The notes beneath the pieces were generated by a model. The model saw only the letters and a program-made list of their open reading frames with translations. It was not told the origin of the DNA and did not search any database. Shown here in pieces: positions 1 to 30,657 of a stretch of 64,000 nucleotides of DNA; the stretch's first letter is position 1; each line of letters begins with the position of its first letter. The DNA comes from an uncultured Gemmatimonadales bacterium (GTDB taxonomy: Bacteria > Gemmatimonadota > Gemmatimonadetes > Longimicrobiales > Longimicrobiaceae): the NCBI GenBank assembly GCA_963716255.1, contig OY970303.1, forward strand, positions 6,592,001 to 6,656,000, in the 5' to 3' direction. The position numbers and the translations under genes were made by a program.

Positions 1-22045
<22,045 letters not shown>

Positions 22046-22188
22046 TTGGTACTTCGAATGGTGGAGGCTCCCGCAAGCATCGACGGACAGCAGGTTGGAA
22101 GCTATGTGCCGGTCATCTCCTTGCCCTGCGCGTGATACTGTGGCCCGTCTGTAGCCGGATCACGAAACGCGGAAGTGGGCAATCCTAC

Positions 22189-22608
22189 CAGGAGGTCTGT
22201 CCCTGGAACTCGTTTTTCACGGATACGGAGGAGGCGGCGTTCCTCCCGCGCGACGGCGTCGACGGCGCGTCGCTGATCGAGCTGATGGGGCTGACGCAGG
22301 AGGAGTTCTCGCGGCGCTTCAAGGGCTCGGCGGTGAAGCGCACCAAGCGGCGCGGGCTGCTGCGCAACGTGGCGGTGGCGCTGGGGAACTGGGGATCGCC
22401 CGAGGTCGTGCCCGTGCTGGCGGAGGCGCTCGCCGCCGAGGAGCCGCTGGTGCGGGGGCATGCGATGTGGGCGCTGGGGCGGATCGCGTCCAGGGAAGGC
22501 TGTCCCACCGAGACGGTCTTCGACATCGCCGCCTTGCTGACCTCCCGAATTCTTGTCGAGGAGGACGAGTGGGTGCGCGAGGAGCTGTCGCTTGCGCTCT
22601 CCAGCTGA
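22189..22608 (+). pseudogene. queG: 3' remnant of epoxyqueuosine reductase QueG (end of Fe-S motif plus HEAT-like C-terminus)
   Basis: QEVCPWN...LTQEEFSRRFKGSAVKRTKRRGLLRNVAVALGN...EPLVRGHAMWALGRI matches the QueG C-terminus. The preceding Cys is replaced (YQEVCPWN) and the N-terminal ~two-thirds is absent. Confidence 0.8.
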
Positions 22609-23082
22609 CGGCCGACTGCGAAGTACTTGGGTGCGTCGGGTGCTCTCAAGCGTCGGTGACAATCTCGTCGGCGGGGACGGACCCAAAGGGCACATTTTCT
22701 CTTGCCAATGCCCCTGGTGGCACATTATGTATGCAAAGCACCACGAGAAGCACTCGAGCAGACGACTTTCCATGCCGGCACAACACGACTACGGCATCAC
22801 GTGGACGATGCTGCAAATTTCCCGATTTACCGCTCCTAAAGCGCCGATATCTCATCCGTCGCCGGTCTCGATCAGAGCCGCTCGATCGGCCTTCAGCGGG
22901 AGAGGCTGAGTCGAGGCGGAGCCTACCTGCCACCACGGCCGATCCCGGCGATCAGGCAACACGGCTGCACGCTATCCTACCCGTTTCTGTTCGACGATTG
23001 TGGACTTGGCGTATCCTTCGACGCGCGGCGGGCCGACGACTTGGCGCGCCCCCGGTGAAATCCTCCACATGGGGTCCTCGAG

Positions 23083-26000
23083 ATGGGCAGCTCATCGAAT
23101 GCGTCACGATCTTCGACACTGGTAGACTTGCTCCAGCATCGAGCCAATCGCCCGTCCCACGAGAACGCCTTCACGTTCTTGGAGGACGGCACGGCGGAAA
23201 TGGGGAGCCTGACGTACCAGCAGCTGGACCTCCGGGCTCGAGCGATCGCTGCGGCATTGCAGACCACGACCACGGTCGGTGATCGTGCTCTGCTGCTGTA
23301 CCCACCCGGCCTGGACTTCATTTCCGCATTCTTCGGGTGCCTGTATGCGGGGGTCGTGGCTGTGCCCGCATATCCCCCGCGGCAGAATCAGAAGATCTCG
23401 CGCTTGCTGGGGATCATGGCGAGTGCCCAGCCGACCACGATCCTGGCGACCTCGTCGATCGTCGCCGAACTCGAGCGCGAGCCGGCTCAACGCCTGGCGT
23501 TCGGCGCCACCCGGTGGCTGGCGACCGACCGAGTCCTGGATGATCAGGCGTCGACCTGGCGCAAGCCGGCGGTGGGGTCCGACAGCCTCGCGTTTCTCCA
23601 GTACACGTCGGGTTCGACGTCGGCTCCCAAGGGCGTAATGGTGAGCCACCGGAACCTGCTGCACAACTCCGAGTGCATCCGGCACGTCTTCGCGCTCACG
23701 CGGGACAGCGTCTCGGTGACGTGGCTCCCCAGCTACCATGACATGGGGTTGATCGACGGGATCCTTCAGCCGGTCTACGGCGGTTTTCCAGGGTATCTGA
23801 TGTCCCCGTCCGCCTTTCTCCAGCAGCCGATCCGGTGGCTGCAGGCGATCTCCCGCTATCGCGCGACCCACTCCGGCGGGCCGAACTTCGCGTACGCGCT
23901 CTGCGTCAACAAGACGACGCCCGAGCAGCGCGAGAAGCTGGACTTGAGCTGCTGGGCCGCCGCCTACAACGGCGCGGAACCGATTCGCCACGACACCCTC
24001 CAGCGGTTCACCGACACGTTCGAGCCCTGCGGATTCCGCTCCCGCTTCTTCTATCCCTGCTACGGCCTGGCGGAAGCGACCCTGATGGTGTCGGGAGGAC
24101 TGGTGGGCGAAGAACTGGTCGAGTGCAGCGTGCTGAAGTCGGAGCTGGAGCAGCACAGGGTCGTGGACGCGCCTTCCTCCTCCGAGAAGACGAGCCGTCT
24201 GGTCGGATGCGGCCGGGTGCACCTCGGCACCCGAGTGGTCATCGCTGATCCGGAGTCGCTGCGACCGTGTTCCCCCGACCGGGTCGGCGAGATCTGGGTG
24301 GCGAGCCCCAGCGTGGCCGCGGGCTACTGGCGGCAGCCCGAAAAGACCGAGGAGACTTTCCAGGCTCACCTCGCGGACACCGGGGAGGGGCCGTTCCTCC
24401 GGACCGGGGACCTGGGCTTTCTTCGCGGCCGGGAGTTGTTCGTCACCGGCCGTCTCAAGGACATGTTCATCGTCAGGGGGCGCAACCACTATCCTCAGGA
24501 CATCGAGCGAACGGTGGAGCAGACGCATCCGGCGCTGCGATCCGGCTGCGGCGCCGCGTTCACGGTGGCAGGGGAGGACGCCGAGCGGCTGGTCGTCGTC
24601 CAGGAGGTCGAACGGGGCGGTCTGCCCGGGCTCGACGTCCATGAGGTTGCTCGGGCCGTGCGCCGCGAGATCGCAGCGCAGCACGAACTGCAAGTCCATG
24701 CGGTGGTGCTGCTCGCGACCGGGACGATCTCCAAGACCTCGAGCGGCAAGATCCAGAGGCATGCCTGCCGCGCCGCGTACCTCGACGGGACCCTCGTCGA
24801 GGTCGGCAGGAGCGCCCTGGAGCTGGAGGACGAGCCGGTGTTCGCTGAGGTGCCCGACCGCGAGGCGCTCCTGGCGCTTTCATCCACGGAGCTGCGGCGG
24901 TTCCTCGTCGACTACCTGCGCCAGGTGCTCGCCCAGCTCCTCCGGATCGCCCCGGCCGGTGTGGACGTGCACGTCCCGGTGCTCCATCTGGGAGTCGACT
25001 CGCTGGGCGCGACCGAGCTGACGCATCGACTGGAGACCGACCTGGGGGTCGTGGTGCCGACGGTGGATCTCCTCCGGGAGGCAAGCGTGCAGGATGTTGC
25101 CGGTCGCGTCGCGGCTTCACTGGAAGGGTCGACTCCCGGGGCCCGGGTGCCGCCGGGTGTTCCATCGGACGAGGAGCTGGAGCATCCCCTCTCGCCGGGG
25201 CAGCAGGCCCTGTGGTTCCTTCACCAGCTGGCGCCACAGAGCGCGGCGTACAACGTATCCTTCGCGGTACGGATCGTCTCGGAGGTGGACGTGCCCGCGC
25301 TGAGAGGGGCGTTTCAGCTCCTGAGCGACCGCCACCCGGCGCTGCGCGCCACTGTCGCCCTGGTCGACGGACGCCCTGTGCAGCGGGTCCACCGGCAGGT
25401 GGAGCTCGATTTCGGGGCGGTCGATGCCGCGTCGTGGACGTCGGGCGAGCTCGACGGGTACCTGACGGAGTCGAGCTCCCGCGCCTTCGACCTGCGGGAG
25501 GGACCCCTCATGCGAGTGCGTCTGTGCGCGCGCGCGCCGGGTGAGCACATCCTGCTGCTTGCGGCGCATCACGTCGTGGTCGATTTCTGGTCCCTGGTGC
25601 TGCTCATGGATGAGCTGCGGGTCGCGTATGCGTCGCTGAGGGCGCGGCAGCCGGTCCGGCTTCCACCGCTCCGTCGCCGGCCCGCGGACTTTGTGCGCTG
25701 GCAGGCCGACCTCCTGGCGAGTCCGGCGGGCGATCTGCAGCGGGCCTACTGGGAGAAGCAGCTGGCCGGCGTCGAATCCATCCTGAACCTGCCTCTCGAC
25801 CGGCCACGTCCCCCGGTACAGACGTTCCGTGGCGGGACACGGCGCTTCCCGTTGGGCACGGAGCTGACCGAGCAGCTGCGCGGGCTGGCGAGGTCACAGG
25901 GCGTGACGACGTACATGCTCCTGCTGGCCGCGTTCCAGGCTCAGATCCACAGATACACCGGGCAGGCGGACTTCTGCGTTGGGTCCTCGGTGGACGGCAG

Positions 26001-28479
26001 GAGCCGCGCCGAGTTCTCCGGCACGGTGGGGTACTTCGTGAACCAGCTGGTCATGCGGGCCGACCTGTCGGGCAGTCCCACTTTCAGGGGCTTTCTCGAC
26101 CGGGGCAAGCGGACCGTCCTGGAGGCGCTCGCGAACGCGGATCTGCCGTTTCCCCTGCTGGTGGAGCACCTGAGGCCCGAACGGGACCCGAGCCGCTCAC
26201 CACTCTTCCAGGTGATGTTCGTGTTCCAGAAGCCACACCGCCTTCAGGCGCTTGCGTCGCTGGTGGCAGGCACCCCCGGGGCGTCGCTGGAGCTCGGAGA
26301 GCTCAAGCTGGAGTCCGCGCCGCTGGAGCAGCGGGCCGCCCAGTTCGACCTGACCCTTGCCGTGGTGGACGGGCGCGAAGGCCTGACGGCGTGCTGGGAA
26401 TACGACCGGGATCTCTTCGACGAGGCGACGGTCGGCCGAATGAACGGGCACTTCCGGACCCTGCTCGCCGCAGTCGTAGAGGACCCCGACCAACCCGTCT
26501 CCACGGTCGCGCTCCTGAGTCCGGACGAGCGTAGCCAGCTGCAGCTGGAGTGGAACCGGACCGGGGTGTCCTACCCGGACGACCGGTGCACGCACCAGCT
26601 TTTCGAAGCCCAGGCAGACAGGACGCCGGATACCCCCGCGGTGGTCCACGCGGACCGGATCCTCAGCTACCGCGAGCTGAATGCCCGCGCCAACCAGGTC
26701 GCCGACCACCTCCGCCAGACGGGAACGGGTCCCGGGGCGCTGGTCGGCATCTTCATGGAGCGCTCTGTTGAGATGGTGGTGGCGGTAATAGGGACGCTGA
26801 AGGCCGGAGCCGCCTACGTACCGCTGGACCCCTCCCAGCCGGCCCAGCGGCTGGCGCAGATGGTCGACGATGCCGGCGTCGCAGTCCTGTTCGCCCAGGA
26901 GCACCTGCTGCCGAAGCTCCCGCCATCCGGCGCACGAGTGATCTGTCTGGACCCGGAGAGGGCGCCGACCGCCGGTAGCGACCCGGCGAACCCGGCAGGG
27001 TGGGTGAGCCCCGACGACCTGGCGTACGTCATCTACACCTCAGGTTCCACGGGAAGACCGAAGGGGGTGATGATCACCCATGGCGCGATGGTCAACTACC
27101 TGAGATGGTGCGTCGGGGCCTACGATGTCGCCGGCGGCAGCGGTGCTCCGGTCAACTCCTCGATCAGCTTCGACGCGACGATCACCAGTCTCTTCTCTCC
27201 GTTGCTGGTGGGGGGGAAAGTGGTGCTTGTCCCGGAGCGGCAGGAGATGGCCGCGCTCGGCGACATGCTCGGTTCAGCGGAGGATTTCAGCCTCGTCAAG
27301 ATCACCCCCGCGCACCTAGAGCTCCTGAAGAGCCATCTCCCGCCGGATGGGTCCAGGCTGCACACGCGGGCGCTGGTCGTGGGTGGAGAGGCGCTGGCTC
27401 CTGCGGCGGTGGAGTTCTGGCGGACCCGCGCGCCCGGGACACGCATCATCAATGAATACGGCCCGACCGAGACCGTCGTGGGATGCTGCGTCCACGATGT
27501 CACGGCCGGATCCTTCCCTTCGGGCGTGGTCCCGATCGGCCGTCCGATCGCCAACACGACGATCTATCTGCTCGACGGTCGGCTGCAGCCGGTACCCGTA
27601 GCGGTGACGGGGGAGCTGTACGTCGGCGGTTTCGGCGTGGCGCGGGGCTACCTCGGCAGGCCCGACCTCACTGCCGAAAAATTCATCCCCGATCCGTTCG
27701 GCGCGACCGCCGGAGCACGTCTTTACAGGACGGGCGACCTGGCGCGGTATCAGCCGGACGGAACGATCGAGTTCCTGGGCCGCGCCGACGACCAGGTCAA
27801 GGTTCGTGGCTTCCGGGTGGAGCCCGGCGAGATCGAGGCGGCACTGCTCCGGCACCCCGACGTTCACGAGGCCGCGGTCGCCGTCCATCAGGACACGCTC
27901 GGCAACAAGCGCCTCGTGGCCTACGTCGTCCGGCGAGAGTCGCCCGATCCCGCGACCCCGGGTGAACTGAGGCACTTCCTGGAGAGCAGCCTGCCGACGT
28001 ACATGGTCCCGTCCGCCATCGTTCCGCTGCAGGAACTGCCGCTTACCCCCAACGGCAAGGTCGACAGGCGGTCACTGCCGGAGCCCGACGGCGCTCGTCC
28101 CGGGAGCGCCGGGGCATGCGTCCCGCCGAGCACCGAGACCCAGCGCTTCATCGCCTCGGTGTGGCGGGAGGTGCTGCACCTGGACGACGTGGGCATCCAC
28201 GACAACTTCTTCGACCTGGGGGGACACTCGCTGCTGACGGCCCAGGTTCACCAGAAGCTGCAGGATGGGTTGGACCGCCGCCTCTCGATCGTCGACCTCC
28301 TCCTGTTCCCCACGGTCGGCGCGCTGGCGAGGCACCTGGATCAGAGCGGAGCGGGGGTGCCCGGGTATCAGCCGATTCACGACCGGGCGGAGAGGCAGAG
28401 ACGGGCGATCGATGCGCAGAGGAAGTCTATGCAGAGGAGGAGAGGACCGGAGCCGCAGGAGCCTGGCGGGACCGGCTGA
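23083..28479 (+). CDS. Lipo-initiation NRPS: FAAL-ACP-C-A(Asn)-T
   Basis: FAAL motifs AFLQYTSGSTSAPKG, WLPSYHDMGLI, CYGLAEATL and the FAAL-type insertion; ACP LGVDSL; C HHVVVDFWS; A code DATKVGEVGK (Asn); T FFDLGGHS; basic C-terminal helix RAERQRRAIDAQRK. Confidence 0.92.
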   Translation: MGSSSNASRSSTLVDLLQHRANRPSHENAFTFLEDGTAEMGSLTYQQLDLRARAIAAALQTTTTVGDRALLLYPPGLDFISAFFGCLYAGVVAVPAYPPRQNQKISRLLGIMASAQPTTILATSSIVAELEREPAQRLAFGATRWLATDRVLDDQASTWRKPAVGSDSLAFLQYTSGSTSAPKGVMVSHRNLLHNSECIRHVFALTRDSVSVTWLPSYHDMGLIDGILQPVYGGFPGYLMSPSAFLQQPIRWLQAISRYRATHSGGPNFAYALCVNKTTPEQREKLDLSCWAAAYNGAEPIRHDTLQRFTDTFEPCGFRSRFFYPCYGLAEATLMVSGGLVGEELVECSVLKSELEQHRVVDAPSSSEKTSRLVGCGRVHLGTRVVIADPESLRPCSPDRVGEIWVASPSVAAGYWRQPEKTEETFQAHLADTGEGPFLRTGDLGFLRGRELFVTGRLKDMFIVRGRNHYPQDIERTVEQTHPALRSGCGAAFTVAGEDAERLVVVQEVERGGLPGLDVHEVARAVRREIAAQHELQVHAVVLLATGTISKTSSGKIQRHACRAAYLDGTLVEVGRSALELEDEPVFAEVPDREALLALSSTELRRFLVDYLRQVLAQLLRIAPAGVDVHVPVLHLGVDSLGATELTHRLETDLGVVVPTVDLLREASVQDVAGRVAASLEGSTPGARVPPGVPSDEELEHPLSPGQQALWFLHQLAPQSAAYNVSFAVRIVSEVDVPALRGAFQLLSDRHPALRATVALVDGRPVQRVHRQVELDFGAVDAASWTSGELDGYLTESSSRAFDLREGPLMRVRLCARAPGEHILLLAAHHVVVDFWSLVLLMDELRVAYASLRARQPVRLPPLRRRPADFVRWQADLLASPAGDLQRAYWEKQLAGVESILNLPLDRPRPPVQTFRGGTRRFPLGTELTEQLRGLARSQGVTTYMLLLAAFQAQIHRYTGQADFCVGSSVDGRSRAEFSGTVGYFVNQLVMRADLSGSPTFRGFLDRGKRTVLEALANADLPFPLLVEHLRPERDPSRSPLFQVMFVFQKPHRLQALASLVAGTPGASLELGELKLESAPLEQRAAQFDLTLAVVDGREGLTACWEYDRDLFDEATVGRMNGHFRTLLAAVVEDPDQPVSTVALLSPDERSQLQLEWNRTGVSYPDDRCTHQLFEAQADRTPDTPAVVHADRILSYRELNARANQVADHLRQTGTGPGALVGIFMERSVEMVVAVIGTLKAGAAYVPLDPSQPAQRLAQMVDDAGVAVLFAQEHLLPKLPPSGARVICLDPERAPTAGSDPANPAGWVSPDDLAYVIYTSGSTGRPKGVMITHGAMVNYLRWCVGAYDVAGGSGAPVNSSISFDATITSLFSPLLVGGKVVLVPERQEMAALGDMLGSAEDFSLVKITPAHLELLKSHLPPDGSRLHTRALVVGGEALAPAAVEFWRTRAPGTRIINEYGPTETVVGCCVHDVTAGSFPSGVVPIGRPIANTTIYLLDGRLQPVPVAVTGELYVGGFGVARGYLGRPDLTAEKFIPDPFGATAGARLYRTGDLARYQPDGTIEFLGRADDQVKVRGFRVEPGEIEAALLRHPDVHEAAVAVHQDTLGNKRLVAYVVRRESPDPATPGELRHFLESSLPTYMVPSAIVPLQELPLTPNGKVDRRSLPEPDGARPGSAGACVPPSTETQRFIASVWREVLHLDDVGIHDNFFDLGGHSLLTAQVHQKLQDGLDRRLSIVDLLLFPTVGALARHLDQSGAGVPGYQPIHDRAERQRRAIDAQRKSMQRRRGPEPQEPGGTG

Positions 28480-28502
28480 CGAGCGGCCGCGCCGATCTCC
28501 CG

Positions 28503-28539
28503 CGCCGCGACCGGACTCCCGTTCTCGCCGGTCGGGGCG
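28503..28539. terminator. Possible GC hairpin between convergent genes
   Basis: cgccgcgaccgg (28503-28514) pairs with ccggtcggggcg (28528-28539) at 11 of 12 positions, 13-nt loop; no U-tract. Confidence 0.3.
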
Positions 28540-28555
28540 TGCGGCACGTCCCGGA

Positions 28556-30640
28556 TCAGGCGACGGAAAGGCGCAGGTCGTGGAGCTGGCCGAAGTGCGT
28601 CCGGGTGTCGAGCTTCCGGCCCGTCTCGAAGTCGCGCCGGAGCCGAGGCCGTGCGTCGGCCCGCGACACGTTCGGCCAGCGAAGGGTCAGCTGGTTGCCT
28701 CCCTCCCTCACGACTTGAGCCTCGGCCGTGAACCGCACCGAACGCCAGTCGTGATCGACGGCGACGGCCGCGATCTCCACGCCGTTCAGCTCGACGGAAA
28801 CGATGTCGGGCTCGCGGGCCCCCGGAACCCGGCAGGTCAATGCGAGCGACACGGCCCGGGAGCGATCGCACACGAACGGGAAGGTGCTCTCGAAGTGGTA
28901 CGCCGCGACGAGGCCACGGTGGTACCACCGGTTCGCGTCCGTCAGCTCCAACCAGTGCGGGTGCAGCAGGTCGATGGCGGGGACGTGACCCAGGGAAAAG
29001 TCCGGATCGGGAGATGCGCTCCCCAGCGACGGGCACACGGCGAGCAGCGCGGTGAGCAGGCGGTGCTCGCTCACGAGGCCCAGCGTCCGGAAGTTGACCC
29101 CGTAGCCCAGGAGGTAGACCGCCGCCACCTCGTTTTGCACGAGCTCGTCGAAGGCGGCGAGCAGGGGCGGCGGAGAGCCGCGCCGGAACGCATCGTAGAC
29201 GCGGCGGATGCCGGTCTCCCCGATCGACGGGTCGTGCTCCAACGCGCGGCGGAGATGGTGGACGCAGGTCTCGAGCGCCTGCCCCCAGTGTGCGTTGTGG
29301 ATGCACGCCAGCAGGTGAGCCCAGCTCTCCTGTTCAGACGAGGGCGACGGAGCGGCTTCGACGAGGTCCGTGAGCTCGACCGTCCTGTCGTGGAGCATCG
29401 AGACCAGGGGGCGCGCCGTGGCCGCCATCGCCACCCGGATCCCCTCCGAGGTGAGGTGACAGTAGTCGAGAAACACCTCCCGGCCCGGCGGCGCGCCCGG
29501 GGAGCGATCCGCGAACACCCGCGGGAGGTCCACGACCGTGGCACCCACCTCCGCGCCCACCGTCCGGATCGTCTCCGCCACGTTCGGGAAGATGCCGGGA
29601 ACGGAGCGCGTCCCGTCCAGAAAGCCCACGGTGGACGCGCGGCTCCGGCGCAGCGTGGCGGACGCGTCACGAACGTTCCCCTGGTGCATCTGCGCGCGAG
29701 CGAGAAGGTCGAGGCTCGCCGACGAGGCGCCACCGTCGTGCGCGACCGCCCGACGGGCGAGCCGCTCCGCCTCGGCGGACAGGCCGGTCCGCAGGGCCTG
29801 CTCGGCTCCTCCGTAGGCGCTGATCCAGCCACGAGTGTCTTCGTCGGAAAGCAGGGGCAGGTCGAGCGTGCCCACCGGGCAGTTCGTCCAGTCCGCCAGG
29901 TTGAGCTCGGGAACTACGAGGATCAGCGGCGCCCGGGCGTCGGCCGCGGCCAGAGAGAGCTGCACCACCGTCCGGGCGGCTACGGCATCCAGCTCCGTGC
30001 GCTGGCGCGCGAGCAGCTCGGAGAATCCACCCTCCTCCGTGAGCAGCGGACCGGCGACCGCGCAGTGCTCCGCGGACAGGTTGGCGAGAGGGCTGCCCCA
30101 CCAGTTGTTTCCCGCGAACACGACGATGGCGTCCGGCTGGAGCAAGGGCGTCGAGGAGGCGACCACCGAGAGCCACCAGGGGTCACAGTTGCTCTGGGCG
30201 AGGTCCACGACTTCGACCGGAGCGCCCGGGGACGAGAGCAGCTCCTGGAGCACACCCGCGGGAGAATAGAAGGGGTCGTAGAAAAAGCCCCTGGCGACGG
30301 ATTCTCCCAGCAGCACGACTCGCTTGCGGGCACTCTTCCGCGGGATGCGGTCCACGTCGGCACAGAACCGCCACAGATCGACGTGGGCACGCGACCGCAC
30401 GAAGTCGCCCGAGCCGGGCTCCTGCTCCCAGATGCCCACCGACCGGGGGCCGCTTCCCAGGGAGGTCAACAGGCCCACGGAGTCCTCGGCCAGGGAGGCG
30501 AACGGCCCGAGCCTGTGGGCTCGCCGGTCGGTGTGCGGCTCGCCATGACACAGGAGCTGCAGGAGCGGCAGCGTGGTGCTGTCCGTGAGCGTCTCGGCGA
30601 GCCGTGCGGCAAGCTGTTTCCGGAATGCGCTGTCACTCAC
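28556..30640 (-). CDS. SGNH/GDSL-like hydrolase or acyltransferase with TPR-like helices (~694 aa)
   Basis: Within ORF 28556..31027. Probable GTG start at 30640 with GGAG upstream, 17 nt past the carbamoyltransferase stop. SGNH-like blocks VVLLGES, FAGNN and FLDYCH; TPR-like AERLARRAVAHD..LLARAQMHQG. Confidence 0.7.
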   Translation of the reverse strand: MSDSAFRKQLAARLAETLTDSTTLPLLQLLCHGEPHTDRRAHRLGPFASLAEDSVGLLTSLGSGPRSVGIWEQEPGSGDFVRSRAHVDLWRFCADVDRIPRKSARKRVVLLGESVARGFFYDPFYSPAGVLQELLSSPGAPVEVVDLAQSNCDPWWLSVVASSTPLLQPDAIVVFAGNNWWGSPLANLSAEHCAVAGPLLTEEGGFSELLARQRTELDAVAARTVVQLSLAAADARAPLILVVPELNLADWTNCPVGTLDLPLLSDEDTRGWISAYGGAEQALRTGLSAEAERLARRAVAHDGGASSASLDLLARAQMHQGNVRDASATLRRSRASTVGFLDGTRSVPGIFPNVAETIRTVGAEVGATVVDLPRVFADRSPGAPPGREVFLDYCHLTSEGIRVAMAATARPLVSMLHDRTVELTDLVEAAPSPSSEQESWAHLLACIHNAHWGQALETCVHHLRRALEHDPSIGETGIRRVYDAFRRGSPPPLLAAFDELVQNEVAAVYLLGYGVNFRTLGLVSEHRLLTALLAVCPSLGSASPDPDFSLGHVPAIDLLHPHWLELTDANRWYHRGLVAAYHFESTFPFVCDRSRAVSLALTCRVPGAREPDIVSVELNGVEIAAVAVDHDWRSVRFTAEAQVVREGGNQLTLRWPNVSRADARPRLRRDFETGRKLDTRTHFGQLHDLRLSVA

Positions 30641-30657
30641 GTGTGGAACTCCGATGG

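Noticed and set aside
22700..22732. TTGCCA...CATTAT/TATGTA promoter for the FAAL gene
   Set aside because: Spacing or -10 match is poor and it lies ~350 nt upstream; not supportable as a feature.
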